A stretch of DNA of 64,000 nt, taken from positions 3,840 through 67,839 of the IMG/VR virus record IMGVR_UViG_3300025875_000014. One strand, given 5' to 3'. Both the position numbers and the translations under genes were made by a program. Positions 25,603-34,884 of the stretch are shown piece after piece (the first letter of the stretch is position 1; each line of letters opens with the position of its first letter). The notes under the pieces are model-generated. The model was not told the DNA's origin. It saw only the letters and a program-made list of their open reading frames with translations, and searched no databases. This DNA is from a virus. Lineage: Duplodnaviria; Caudoviricetes.

Positions 25603-26150
25603 TGCCTCTTCATCTGACTGCTGACGATCCTGTCGACAACCGTCTTTTTGTGCAGACGCAGAGCGGCGGAAAGCTGATCACGAATACCGCATCGGAGACG
25701 TCAGCGCTGGGTTCGGGTATCGGGTCGCGAATGGTGGCGCCGAACCAGTTGAAGGTCGGTAACCGCATCATGATCCGTGGCCGGGGTGTCTACTCCACCC
25801 CGACGTTGGGTCTTGGTGTGAGCATCGCCATTCGGGTAAAGATGAACTCGACGGTCGTTGCTCAGGTGACGACGACGAGCGTGACGCTTGGCGTGGCGAA
25901 TATGGCGTTCAAGTTCGAGTGCGAGGTCGTCGTCAACGCGGTCGGGGCTGCCGGCAAGGTCGTCTGCGGCGGTGAGGGTAGCTACACGATTGTTCCTGGG
26001 TCGAAGGCGTTCGATGACCTTGACAACGCGGGGGTCGAGACGACTGTGGACACGACGGTCGCGCAGATGCTTGATGTGACCTTGCAGTGGGATGCTGCTT
26101 CGACAACGCGGAGCCTGAGAACGACCCTCGCCACGATCACGCTCATCTAG
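25602..26150 (+). CDS. putative virion beta-sandwich protein
   Basis: beta-rich, Thr/Val-rich; context. Confidence 0.5.
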   Translation: MPLHLTADDPVDNRLFVQTQSGGKLITNTASETSALGSGIGSRMVAPNQLKVGNRIMIRGRGVYSTPTLGLGVSIAIRVKMNSTVVAQVTTTSVTLGVANMAFKFECEVVVNAVGAAGKVVCGGEGSYTIVPGSKAFDDLDNAGVETTVDTTVAQMLDVTLQWDAASTTRSLRTTLATITLI

Positions 26151-26161
26151 ACGGGAGTGAC

Positions 26162-26761
26162 ATGGCGAAGATGCGACCGGATCAGACAACCGCCACCCTG
26201 AGCGCGATCTATCCTCCCGCTTCCGGCTGGTGGGCTCATGCAGACGGAATTCTGTCGCTGAGTGTAGCGGCCATGACGGCGAACCGGATGACTCTCCATC
26301 CGTTCCCTGTACCTGCGGGAACCTACGACGCTATCGGGTTGAAGACGGACGCAGCGCAGACCAACGACGGCACCGTTGCCTGCACCCTTGCGGTCTACGG
26401 CTCCGACGCAAACGGCAACCCCGACACGACTAGCGTCATCCGTTCGGGTTCGGTCACTCTGACCGCTGTGGGTATGCGCTCTGCGGTGTTTGGCACGACG
26501 TGGTCTGTTGCGTCTCCTGGTCGTTATTGGGTCGGCTGTCTGTACGTCGTGACAGCTGCTCCGACCACCGCAGCGACGGTGCGCCTTATCAGCAACTGCA
26601 CTTACCCGATACCGGTGAGTGATGCAACCAGCATCGGGTCGCGTCCTCGCGGCTGGCAGCGTACGGGAATCACGGCACTGCCGACTGATGCGTTCAGCAC
26701 CGCGAGCTGGACGACCTCGACGTCCAGCGACGTCCCGACTGTCGGTCTTCGTCGGCCATGA
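26162..26761 (+). CDS. putative virion protein
   Basis: GGGAG RBS; Thr/Ala-rich; context. Confidence 0.5.
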   Translation: MAKMRPDQTTATLSAIYPPASGWWAHADGILSLSVAAMTANRMTLHPFPVPAGTYDAIGLKTDAAQTNDGTVACTLAVYGSDANGNPDTTSVIRSGSVTLTAVGMRSAVFGTTWSVASPGRYWVGCLYVVTAAPTTAATVRLISNCTYPIPVSDATSIGSRPRGWQRTGITALPTDAFSTASWTTSTSSDVPTVGLRRP

Positions 26762-26789
26762 TGCCTGATTTTGAGAGGGGTTGACCCGA

Positions 26790-28094
26790 ATGGCGGTGTC
26801 TACCGGACCTACCCCCGACTGGAACCAGGTTGTCTTGCGCTGGGCGGGCGTCAACCTTGATGGCACGCCTTGCGCTGGCACACTGAGCCTGACGTACAAC
26901 GCAACGGTTCCGCTATTGGACGACGACGCGGTTCTTCCGGTGAGCATTTACCCGGTTGAGTTGACGAAGACGTTGACGACGGCGACGATCGCACTGACCG
27001 ATGCGAATGGCGCAACGGTTAACCGCACGGTCGGCTATGCCGAGTGGCTGGTGCCCGCTTCTGACGATCCTGATATCCAAGGCTTCGGCGGGACGTACAC
27101 GCTGGTCGAGAAGCTCGCGAACGGCAAGGGTCAAACGCGGAATTTTGTGGCGTCCAAGGATGCTGCGGACCCGATCTGGCTGAACCGGATCACGAGTGTC
27201 ACGGCTGTTCCGGGGCAGGCTATCTCTGCCGTCTCGGTGGCGCAGGTAAACCAAATGCAGGCGCAGCTCAACGCGCTGATTGCCAACGGTGGCGGAGGGT
27301 CTGGCGGTTCGTTCTCGGGCGTCCCGACGGACGGCTCGGTCACGAACGCGAAGGTTGCGAGTAACGCGGCGATCAGCGCCGACAAGCTCGTGGACGGCAC
27401 CAACGGCAAGATCATGACTGCGGCCGAACGGACGCGTTTGACGAGCGTTGCGAACGGCGCCACCGCGAACAGTCCCGACGGCACGCTGCTCAACCGCGCG
27501 AACCATACGGGCACCCAGCCGGCTTCGACTATCTCCGACTTCACGACTGCCGTTCAGGCGGTTGGCACTACGGCTGTTCCAGGTGACGGCACGATCACGA
27601 ACGTCAAGGTCGCGTCGAATGCGGCGATCTCGGCGGACAAGCTTGCGGATGGCACGTCGAGCAAGGTCTTGACGGCTGCTGAGCGGTCGCGTCTGGCTGG
27701 TATGGCGAACGGCGCGACGGCGAACAGCGCGGATTCTGTGCTGCTAAACCGTGGCAATCACACTGGGTCGCAGACCTCGAGCACGATCAGCGATTTCACG
27801 GAGGCCTCTGAAGACACCGTGGGCGCGATGGCTGTGCGCTCGGGTGGTGTCTATGACGACCCGAACGGTAAGGTGACGTGGTCGGCTGCTGGCGTCGCGT
27901 TCACGCCGACCGGTTCTCTGACTGCAACGACTGCCCAGGCTGCGATCGTTCAGGCTGCGTCGATGGGTAGCGGTTCGGGTGGCGGTAGTTCGTTCGTGAC
28001 GTGGTCGACTTCTACGCAGGGCGAGATTACGGCTTCGAAGGTGGCTGCTGCGGGCATCCCGAACAACTCGCTCATCGTCGTCGACCCTTCCTAA
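26790..28094 (+). CDS. fibre protein with internal duplication
   Basis: two copies of DG(S/T)(V/I)TNxKVASNAAISADKLxDGT...NRxNHTG(T/S)Q. Confidence 0.65.
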   Translation: MAVSTGPTPDWNQVVLRWAGVNLDGTPCAGTLSLTYNATVPLLDDDAVLPVSIYPVELTKTLTTATIALTDANGATVNRTVGYAEWLVPASDDPDIQGFGGTYTLVEKLANGKGQTRNFVASKDAADPIWLNRITSVTAVPGQAISAVSVAQVNQMQAQLNALIANGGGGSGGSFSGVPTDGSVTNAKVASNAAISADKLVDGTNGKIMTAAERTRLTSVANGATANSPDGTLLNRANHTGTQPASTISDFTTAVQAVGTTAVPGDGTITNVKVASNAAISADKLADGTSSKVLTAAERSRLAGMANGATANSADSVLLNRGNHTGSQTSSTISDFTEASEDTVGAMAVRSGGVYDDPNGKVTWSAAGVAFTPTGSLTATTAQAAIVQAASMGSGSGGGSSFVTWSTSTQGEITASKVAAAGIPNNSLIVVDPS

Positions 28095-28126
28095 CTCCTT
28101 ACTCATTCTCCTAAGGAGAAACAGTC

Positions 28127-29020
28127 ATGGCCGGAACTGTTCTGAAGTCTCTGAGTGCGACCCCGCAGGCCGACAACACGGTCATGACTTCGGCGAACTC
28201 GGGCGTCTCGTCGCTGGTAACCACCACTGGTGGCGCGGGCGTTCACCTGGCTGCCGCCAGGATGGGCGGCACGGCCGGGTATGCGCTGACGCAGACGAGC
28301 ACCGGCACGTCTTTCTTCTACCTCGACCTTGACGCGGCTGTCACCTCAGCTTCGATCCTGCTGCCCATGAACTACTCGGCGGCCCCTTCGACGTCGTTGC
28401 AGTTTATCCGTGGGTACAGCGATGCGGCGCATACCGCCGTTCTATTCACGCTGAACTTCCTGACGCTGAACAAGTGGCAGTTCGTCGAGAACGGTGGCGC
28501 GAACGTCACCGCGAACAACGCGCTCACGCCGTCCACCAAGGACTATGTGACCGAGATGTTCATCGATTATGCGAACGCGCAGATGTCGCTGAACGTGTAC
28601 GAACGTGGCTCGCTGTCGAAGGTCGCGACAATCGGCAGCACGGCGCTGACGAACTCGACCGGTCAGTCGCTGCGGTCCTGGCGCATCGGTCTGGCCACCG
28701 CTTCTTCGATCCCCCAACTCTACCTAAACAACACGCTCGCGGTCGGCTCTGGTGACTTCCTGCCTCGCTCGGACGTGACGACCTCGACCTTGAGCCTGAC
28801 GGGTGCGATCACGCCGAACCCGTCTGACATCAATGTGGCCCGCACGCTGACGCTGAACGCGACTGGCGGCAACGGGAACGCGATCAGCCTCGACGTCGAC
28901 TGGGGTGACGGGTTGGCCCACGACACCGGCACGATGACGACCTCTGCCGCTAAGACGTTCACGCGCACCCCGACGGTCTCCGGTTCCAAGAACGCGGTCA
29001 TCACCTACAACCAGGCTTAG
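28127..29020 (+). CDS. virion protein with lectin-like core and C-terminal PKD-like domain
   Basis: AAGGAG RBS; VDWGDG PKD motif near the C-terminus. Confidence 0.55.
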   Translation: MAGTVLKSLSATPQADNTVMTSANSGVSSLVTTTGGAGVHLAAARMGGTAGYALTQTSTGTSFFYLDLDAAVTSASILLPMNYSAAPSTSLQFIRGYSDAAHTAVLFTLNFLTLNKWQFVENGGANVTANNALTPSTKDYVTEMFIDYANAQMSLNVYERGSLSKVATIGSTALTNSTGQSLRSWRIGLATASSIPQLYLNNTLAVGSGDFLPRSDVTTSTLSLTGAITPNPSDINVARTLTLNATGGNGNAISLDVDWGDGLAHDTGTMTTSAAKTFTRTPTVSGSKNAVITYNQA

Positions 29021-29023
29021 CCG

Positions 29024-30682
29024 ATGGCCGTCCTGACGGTTCCCTACTCAGTCACATACCCGGTAGGTACCTCGGGGAACATCACTGTTCCCTACAGCGT
29101 GACGACGACCGCGCCGCCGCCCTCGGCCTCGGGCGAGTTGGACATTCCTTACGGGGTTACAGAGGTCAAGGACGTCCGCACCTTGACTGTTCCGTATGTG
29201 ACGTCGAAGTCGTTGACAATCCCGTACACGGTCAACAACGTGACCGTGCAGCCAGGCGTCATGCGGCTGTACCAGTGGCTCGACAAGAAGTTGTGGCCGC
29301 TCGACGGTGGGACGCCGCTGACGGCCAGCACGACGGGCAGTCTGACCGTTCCGTATTCGGTGACGACGCCCACGACCTCGTTTGCACATCCGGGCGTCAT
29401 GTACTCGGCTGCTCAGCTCGACTTCACGAAGGCGAAGCTCGCGGCGGGTCAGCAGCCGTGGACGCAGGCGTACGCGAACATGGTGAGCCAGAAGGCGGGC
29501 GGCACCGGCTCCACGGGCGGGCAGAACACGGGCGTGCCGTACTCCTCGCTGTCCTGGACGCCGCACCCGAAAGCGTCGGTTGCTCGCGGTTCGTTCAACG
29601 CTGGCGGTACCGACGACGACGACTTGCAGGACGACCTTCGCGCCGCCTTCTGTCACGCCCTGATCTGGGTGTACACCGGCAGCCGTCCGAGCGCGCAGAA
29701 GTCGATCGAGATCATGAACGCGTGGGCGCAGACGCTCAACATCATCCAGTTCGACCTGACGCAGTACCAAGACGGGAAGTTGCTCGCCGGCTGGACCGGG
29801 ACCATCTTCGCCCGCGCTGCCGAGCTGATGCGCTACACGTACACCCCTCAGGCTGGCGAGACCGCACTGGATGTCACGAACGTCAAGCGCGTTTTCAATG
29901 ACGTGTGGTGGCCGCGTGTTGGTGTCGGGCACTCTGGGGTCGGCTTCAACACGTACACGTCGATGGCTGACACGGCGACGCAGATCGCCGTCTTCCTCGA
30001 CGACTCGTCAAAGTGGAACTACGCCACGCAGTATGTGCGGCGGATCATGCCGGGTCTTGCTTACCTGACGGGCGACGACAACCCCTGGTCGTGGGGTGGG
30101 CCGCAGAACCTCACGTATGCGGACGGCACCGTGCTCAACGCGCCGCTGGGTCTGCCGATCCCGCCCGACTCGGTCAGCCCGCCCGACTCGAACGTCTACA
30201 ACCGGTCGAACTCGAGCGCTGTCGGCTTCATGACTTCGTGGACGAAGCCGACGTCGCTGCCGAATGGTTTGTGGGGCGAGATGGGCCGCGACATGCACCA
30301 CACGGCGATGGGCCTTGCGGGCATCAGCAATGCGTGCGAGACCGCTTGGCATCAGGGCCTTGACTTGTACGGCGAGATCCAGACTCGCTACACGACGACG
30401 GTCGAGCTGTCGACGAAGTTTATCTACGACCGGTTCGTGAACAACATCGATCCGCCTCCGGGATGGCCGTTCGCGGTGTCGGTGTCGAACGCTGCATCGA
30501 AGTCGTATGCCACGTCGACTCAGCGCGCGTGGGGTGAGATCGCCTACAACCACTATGCGCGCAGGAGGGGTTTGAGTTTGCCGAACCTGACCGCCTACGT
30601 GAACGACTATGTCCGTCCCTCTGCCTACGACGCGGACCTGCACATCTGCTATGAGACGCTGACGTCTTACGGGACTCCGTGA
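29024..30682 (+). CDS. alginate-lyase-like (alpha/alpha toroid) protein with repeated xTVPYxV N-terminus
   Basis: FAHPG...QPW, AQKSIEIMNAWA, EMGRDMHHT, ETAWHQGLDLY, EIAYNHY. Confidence 0.75.
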   Translation: MAVLTVPYSVTYPVGTSGNITVPYSVTTTAPPPSASGELDIPYGVTEVKDVRTLTVPYVTSKSLTIPYTVNNVTVQPGVMRLYQWLDKKLWPLDGGTPLTASTTGSLTVPYSVTTPTTSFAHPGVMYSAAQLDFTKAKLAAGQQPWTQAYANMVSQKAGGTGSTGGQNTGVPYSSLSWTPHPKASVARGSFNAGGTDDDDLQDDLRAAFCHALIWVYTGSRPSAQKSIEIMNAWAQTLNIIQFDLTQYQDGKLLAGWTGTIFARAAELMRYTYTPQAGETALDVTNVKRVFNDVWWPRVGVGHSGVGFNTYTSMADTATQIAVFLDDSSKWNYATQYVRRIMPGLAYLTGDDNPWSWGGPQNLTYADGTVLNAPLGLPIPPDSVSPPDSNVYNRSNSSAVGFMTSWTKPTSLPNGLWGEMGRDMHHTAMGLAGISNACETAWHQGLDLYGEIQTRYTTTVELSTKFIYDRFVNNIDPPPGWPFAVSVSNAASKSYATSTQRAWGEIAYNHYARRRGLSLPNLTAYVNDYVRPSAYDADLHICYETLTSYGTP

Positions 30683-30834
30683 TGGCTAGCCTTTCTGTGC
30701 CATACGTGGTCAGCGCAAAGGTCCCAGGTAAGACGCTCAGGTTCTACAAGGCTGGCGTCTTGGTTCGGCCTGAGGTGTGGCATTGGGTCGACCAGAAGCT
30801 GGTCAAGGTACTCGACGGTCCGTCGAACGCTTAG
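30682..30834 (+). CDS. 50-aa protein resembling the lyase N-terminus
   Basis: MASLSVPYVVS...VWHWVDQKL vs LTVPYSV...LYQWLDKKL; TGATG-coupled; not in ORF track. Confidence 0.6.
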   Translation: MASLSVPYVVSAKVPGKTLRFYKAGVLVRPEVWHWVDQKLVKVLDGPSNA

Positions 30835-30880
30835 GCGACCGTCGTGCGCCCTTCTGCTACGACGCGGGTCGTTTGTCGGC
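30835..30880 (+). terminator. putative terminator
   Basis: CGACC-GTCGT...ACGAC-GC-GGGTCG followed by TTT. Confidence 0.45.
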
Positions 30881-31016
30881 ATGGTCGTGTGCTTCACGGT
30901 GCGCGGCCTGACGCGGTGGCTTGTGTGTGTTGCGGCAACGACTACCGCAGTCCGGGTCCGCTGTGCCTTGCGTGCCGTTAAGCCCAACGCTTCCACTTTG
31001 ATAGACGGGAGATGCG

Positions 31017-31232
31017 ATGCCTGACCTGAACCCTGGCGATGGTGGCGCTGCGAAGTTGAAGGCTTACTGGGTCAGAGGACCAGGGGCTCTCAAGATTGCG
31101 TGGGGCGCTCCCGGCGACTTCGATCGTTGTGTGTCCGAGCTGAGCAAGTACGTGGGACCTGGCATCGTTAAGGGCCTGTGTAGTAACTACCACCTCGCTG
31201 CTCTCGGCGTACGGCCAGGGCAAGAGCACTAG
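31017..31232 (+). CDS. small conserved actinophage protein
   Basis: LKAYW..G.G..KIAWG.PGDFDRC...KY...GLC..H motif. Confidence 0.65.
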   Translation: MPDLNPGDGGAAKLKAYWVRGPGALKIAWGAPGDFDRCVSELSKYVGPGIVKGLCSNYHLAALGVRPGQEH

Positions 31233-31483
31233 TGGCTGACGAACCTGCCGTCAGCATTGAAGCGTCCAACGATCTCGTGCAGGAGAAGTTGAGCGAGGCG
31301 CTGCACCAGATCTACCCGGGCGATGTGCCGCTGAAGTTCGTAGTCATCATGGAAACACTCGACGCCGACGATGGCGGCCGAAGCATCGTGCACTTCACCC
31401 ACAACGACGCCCGCTTCTGGGACACGCTCGGCCTGATCGAGTGGCTGAAGACCGTGGTCAACAACGCGATGGTGCAGCCGTGA
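31232..31483 (+). CDS. hypothetical protein
   Basis: coupled ORF. Confidence 0.55.
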   Translation: MADEPAVSIEASNDLVQEKLSEALHQIYPGDVPLKFVVIMETLDADDGGRSIVHFTHNDARFWDTLGLIEWLKTVVNNAMVQP

Positions 31484-31563
31484 GCGCTAGAATCTAAGTT
31501 GAAAGAACCCGGCGACGGTTGCAGCCGCCCCGGGTAGTGGCCAGTCCTGTGAAGGGGACCGAC

Positions 31564-32337
31564 GTGAACGATGGTACGCGAGAGTGCTCCCGATGTGGTC
31601 AGTCCCTAGACGGCCTGAGCTACCGGTTTAAGAAGCACCCAGCATGCTCGGAGCCTGAGGTGCATCGGACTCGAAAGTGCACTTGGTGTGATACCGAGTT
31701 CACATACAAGAAGAGCCGTGGAACTGATAGGACCTACTGCTCGATTGGCTGTCGTCGATCACGCCACGCGTCATTGGCCGAACCAGTCCTGGACCGCTGC
31801 ACTGTCGAGAATTGCTCGACCCCGATACGTTCGTCGGGTTCTTCGTACTGCGAAATGCACTACGGACGCATGCGAAGAAACGGCCATCTCGAGCCGACTG
31901 TTCGTCGAGGAAACGGCACCTGTCACTACTGCGGCGGGTTAGCTCCTGGCAAGCTCGTCTTCTGCACACCGCTGTGCGCTACGCGCGAGCGCGCAGGTCG
32001 ACCACTAGATAAGCGAGCTTGCGCTGTATGTGATGTTGAGATACCGGCAGCGTCTCACTGGCGCCGCATCTATTGCGGTCGTGAGTGCAGGTGGATCGCG
32101 TTCCGAGCGCGCCGATACGATGTACCCGTCAAGCAATACCAGAACGACATGCGGGCCGGTTGCGCCATCTGTGGAGAAACTAGACAGGACTTAGTGACTG
32201 ACCACAGTCACAAGACTGGTCGGTATCGGGCGATGCTATGCGGCTCATGCAACGTGGGGCTGGGTATGTTCAAGGACGACCAGTCCTTGCTTCTGCTAGC
32301 AGTGGGGTACTTGAGCCAACATGCCGAGAGCTCCTAA
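31564..32337 (+). CDS. endonuclease VII-family nuclease with Cys-rich N-terminus
   Basis: CAICG...DHSHKTG...LCGSCNVGLGMFKDD; TAGAAT box and hairpin 31507-31535 upstream. Confidence 0.85.
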   Translation: MNDGTRECSRCGQSLDGLSYRFKKHPACSEPEVHRTRKCTWCDTEFTYKKSRGTDRTYCSIGCRRSRHASLAEPVLDRCTVENCSTPIRSSGSSYCEMHYGRMRRNGHLEPTVRRGNGTCHYCGGLAPGKLVFCTPLCATRERAGRPLDKRACAVCDVEIPAASHWRRIYCGRECRWIAFRARRYDVPVKQYQNDMRAGCAICGETRQDLVTDHSHKTGRYRAMLCGSCNVGLGMFKDDQSLLLLAVGYLSQHAESS

Positions 32338-32662
32338 GTTCTGCGGTGCTACGGGTTGCACGGTCAAGGTCACGACCACTTACTGCATCACACACGAAGC
32401 TGAGGCTCAGGCCCGGATGGATGCAAACCGTGGCACTAGCAGACAGCGTGGCTACGACGGCAAGCATGACTGGTCTGCCGTGAACGCTAAACGAGCAGCG
32501 GTCAAGGCGGGTGCCTTGTGTCCTCGGTGCGGCGAGCCGATGCTGGCAGGCCAGTCGCTTGACTACGGCCACGTTATTGCGCGCGTATTTGATTCTTCAA
32601 GTCGCGCGACTCGCGTAGAACATGCGAAGTGCAATCGGAGTGCTCAACATCTGAACGGGTAG
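32321..32662 (+). CDS. packaging-associated HNH endonuclease
   Basis: MPRAPKFC...QRGY...CPRCGE...GH...EHAKCNRS directly before TerS. Confidence 0.8.
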   Translation: MPRAPKFCGATGCTVKVTTTYCITHEAEAQARMDANRGTSRQRGYDGKHDWSAVNAKRAAVKAGALCPRCGEPMLAGQSLDYGHVIARVFDSSSRATRVEHAKCNRSAQHLNG

Positions 32663-32700
32663 GGCACCCCTCCCCCGGGGTCCCTTGCCGTGGACCGGGA
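32657..32700. other. candidate cos/packaging site
   Basis: G/C runs and GGTCC-N8-GGACC inverted repeat between HNH and TerS. Confidence 0.4.
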
Positions 32701-32754
32701 CGTACTGCCAAATGACCTGCCTACGGTTCCCAGGATTCTGAAAGGAGGGCGGAG

Positions 32755-33207
32755 ATGCCCGCTGCAAAAAAGCATCCTTCTACGCGAGCGCGCATGAACC
32801 GCGCTTCTTCAGCAGCGGTGCTGTCAGATCCTGCTGCTCGATCCGTACGCCCTCTTCCAGATACTCGCCCTTGGCACGACCTCACCCGTCAGTGGTGGTC
32901 GGATCTTTGGACATCGCCGATGTCGGGTGAGTATCACTCGTCCGACTGGTACCAACTGATCCTTCTGGCTACGGCCTACGACCTGCTCCTCCAGGATGAT
33001 CTGACGCCGGGTCAATTCAAGGCGCTGTCCGAAGAGGTCAGAGCACATCGGTCTCCATTCGGCCTCACTCCTTACGATCGCCGTCGTCTTGAGTGGACGA
33101 TCGAGCAGGCGGAAGAGTCCAAGGATCGCGGCCAGGCACGTCGGCAGCGCCAGGCTCCGCAGCCTGCTGCCTCCGACGACCCTCGGAGTGTGCTGAGGCT
33201 CGCGTGA
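32755..33207 (+). CDS. terS: terminase small subunit
   Basis: GGAG RBS; WW..LW.SPM...FGLTP.DRRRLEW; position. Confidence 0.85.
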   Translation: MPAAKKHPSTRARMNRASSAAVLSDPAARSVRPLPDTRPWHDLTRQWWSDLWTSPMSGEYHSSDWYQLILLATAYDLLLQDDLTPGQFKALSEEVRAHRSPFGLTPYDRRRLEWTIEQAEESKDRGQARRQRQAPQPAASDDPRSVLRLA

Positions 33208-34844
33208 GTCTGCTCATGGTTCCCTCTATGGAGGGAGAAGCCTGGCCGACGCTAGGCCCGCAGGTCGCTTCGCTTCTTGAAGAGCAGTCGATCTTCGGGC
33301 CGGGGTCGTTCAAGGGCCAGCCATACAAGTTGAGTGCTGACTGGCGCGCGGCGCTCTACCGCATGTACGAGGTGTACCCCCAGTGGCATCCGTTCGCGGG
33401 TCGGCGACGATTCAAGCGGGTGGGACTGTCGGTTCGCAAGGGCCTCGCAAAGACCGAGTTCATGGCCCAGGTCGCGTACGCCGAGCTGCACCCCGACGGC
33501 CCGGTCCGCTGCGACGGTTTCGACGCAAATGGCGAGCCTGTCGGACGTCCAGTGGTCGACCCGTATATTCCGCTGCTCGCGGTGACGGTGGAGCAGGTTG
33601 AGGAGTTGGCTTACGGCGCGATGTACGTGCTGTGCACCGAAGGCCCTGACGCCGACCTGTTCGATGCCACGCTCGATCGCATCCTGCGGCTTGGGTTGCG
33701 CGGGGAGGCTGACGGCAAGTGCGTTCCGCTGTCGAACTCGCCGGGTGCTCGAGATGGTGCGCGAACAACGTTCCAAGGATTCGACGAGCCGCACCGTCTC
33801 TATCTGCCCCGCCAGGTACAGGCGCACGAGACGATGGTTGCGAACCTTGAGAAGCGCGTTCTAGAAGACCCGTGGGGTCTCTACGTCGGCACCGCAGGCG
33901 AGCCTGGTCAGGGCAGCATCGCGGAGGGCCTACACCATGAGGCCGAGTCCATCCAACGTGGCGAGATAGACGAGCCCGAACTGTTCTACCTGCACCGCGA
34001 AGCCGCACCCGGGCACGACATCACGACCCTTGAAGGCCGCATCGCTGCCGTCGAGGACGCGACGGGTCCTGCCGGCGAGTTCGGTCCTGGGCAGTTCCGT
34101 AGCATCGCTCGGCAGTGGGACCGTCCAGCCGCCGACAAGAAGTACCTTGAGCGTGTATGGCTGAATCGTTGGACGCGCTCCGATGAGCAGGCGTTCAACG
34201 TCAAGCGCTGGACAGACGACCTCGGCATCGCTGAGCCGATCCCTCTCGGGTCTTTCGTCGCTGCTGGCTTCGACGGTGCTCGCTTCCGCGACTCGACCGG
34301 TATCGTCATCACCGATATTGCCACTGGTCGTCAGCAGCTCTGGGCGACGTGGGAACGCCCGGCAGATGTTGAAGAGTGGGAGATCCCTGAGCGTGAAGTC
34401 ACCGAGGCCTGGGTCGATCTTCAGTCCAAGCACGTTCTTTGGAACTGCTACGGCGATCCTCCGCACTGGACGGAGACGTACGGCTCGTGGGCTGCGAGAT
34501 GGCCTGACAAGTTCACAGAGTGGTGGACGAACGCAACAGCCAAAATGGCCCGCGCAGTTCGCTCCTACTCAGAAGGCATCAAGTCCGGGGCGGTAACCCA
34601 CGTTTCTCGCCCTGGAAATCCGTTGGACGAGGCGTTTGACCGTCACATCGCAGCCGCAGGCCGCAAGGATGTCAATCACTGGGACGAAGATCAGCGCCTC
34701 TTTGTGCTGCGAAAGATCCACGAAGACCGCAAGTTCGACAACGCTATGGCGGGTTGCTTGTCGTGGACGGCCTACCTTGACGCAGTCAAGACTGGGGCCA
34801 AGCCCCCAGCTGACGATTGGTTCATGCCGTACCGCGTGAGATGA
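33204..34844 (+). CDS. terL: terminase large subunit
   Basis: VRKGLAKTE Walker A-like, FDEPH Walker B, GFDGA..DSTG and KFDNAMA nuclease motifs. Confidence 0.93.
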   Translation: MSLLMVPSMEGEAWPTLGPQVASLLEEQSIFGPGSFKGQPYKLSADWRAALYRMYEVYPQWHPFAGRRRFKRVGLSVRKGLAKTEFMAQVAYAELHPDGPVRCDGFDANGEPVGRPVVDPYIPLLAVTVEQVEELAYGAMYVLCTEGPDADLFDATLDRILRLGLRGEADGKCVPLSNSPGARDGARTTFQGFDEPHRLYLPRQVQAHETMVANLEKRVLEDPWGLYVGTAGEPGQGSIAEGLHHEAESIQRGEIDEPELFYLHREAAPGHDITTLEGRIAAVEDATGPAGEFGPGQFRSIARQWDRPAADKKYLERVWLNRWTRSDEQAFNVKRWTDDLGIAEPIPLGSFVAAGFDGARFRDSTGIVITDIATGRQQLWATWERPADVEEWEIPEREVTEAWVDLQSKHVLWNCYGDPPHWTETYGSWAARWPDKFTEWWTNATAKMARAVRSYSEGIKSGAVTHVSRPGNPLDEAFDRHIAAAGRKDVNHWDEDQRLFVLRKIHEDRKFDNAMAGCLSWTAYLDAVKTGAKPPADDWFMPYRVR

Positions 34845-34884
34845 ACCGAGTTGCCCGCACACCCGAAGACCCTTAGGAGGCTGC

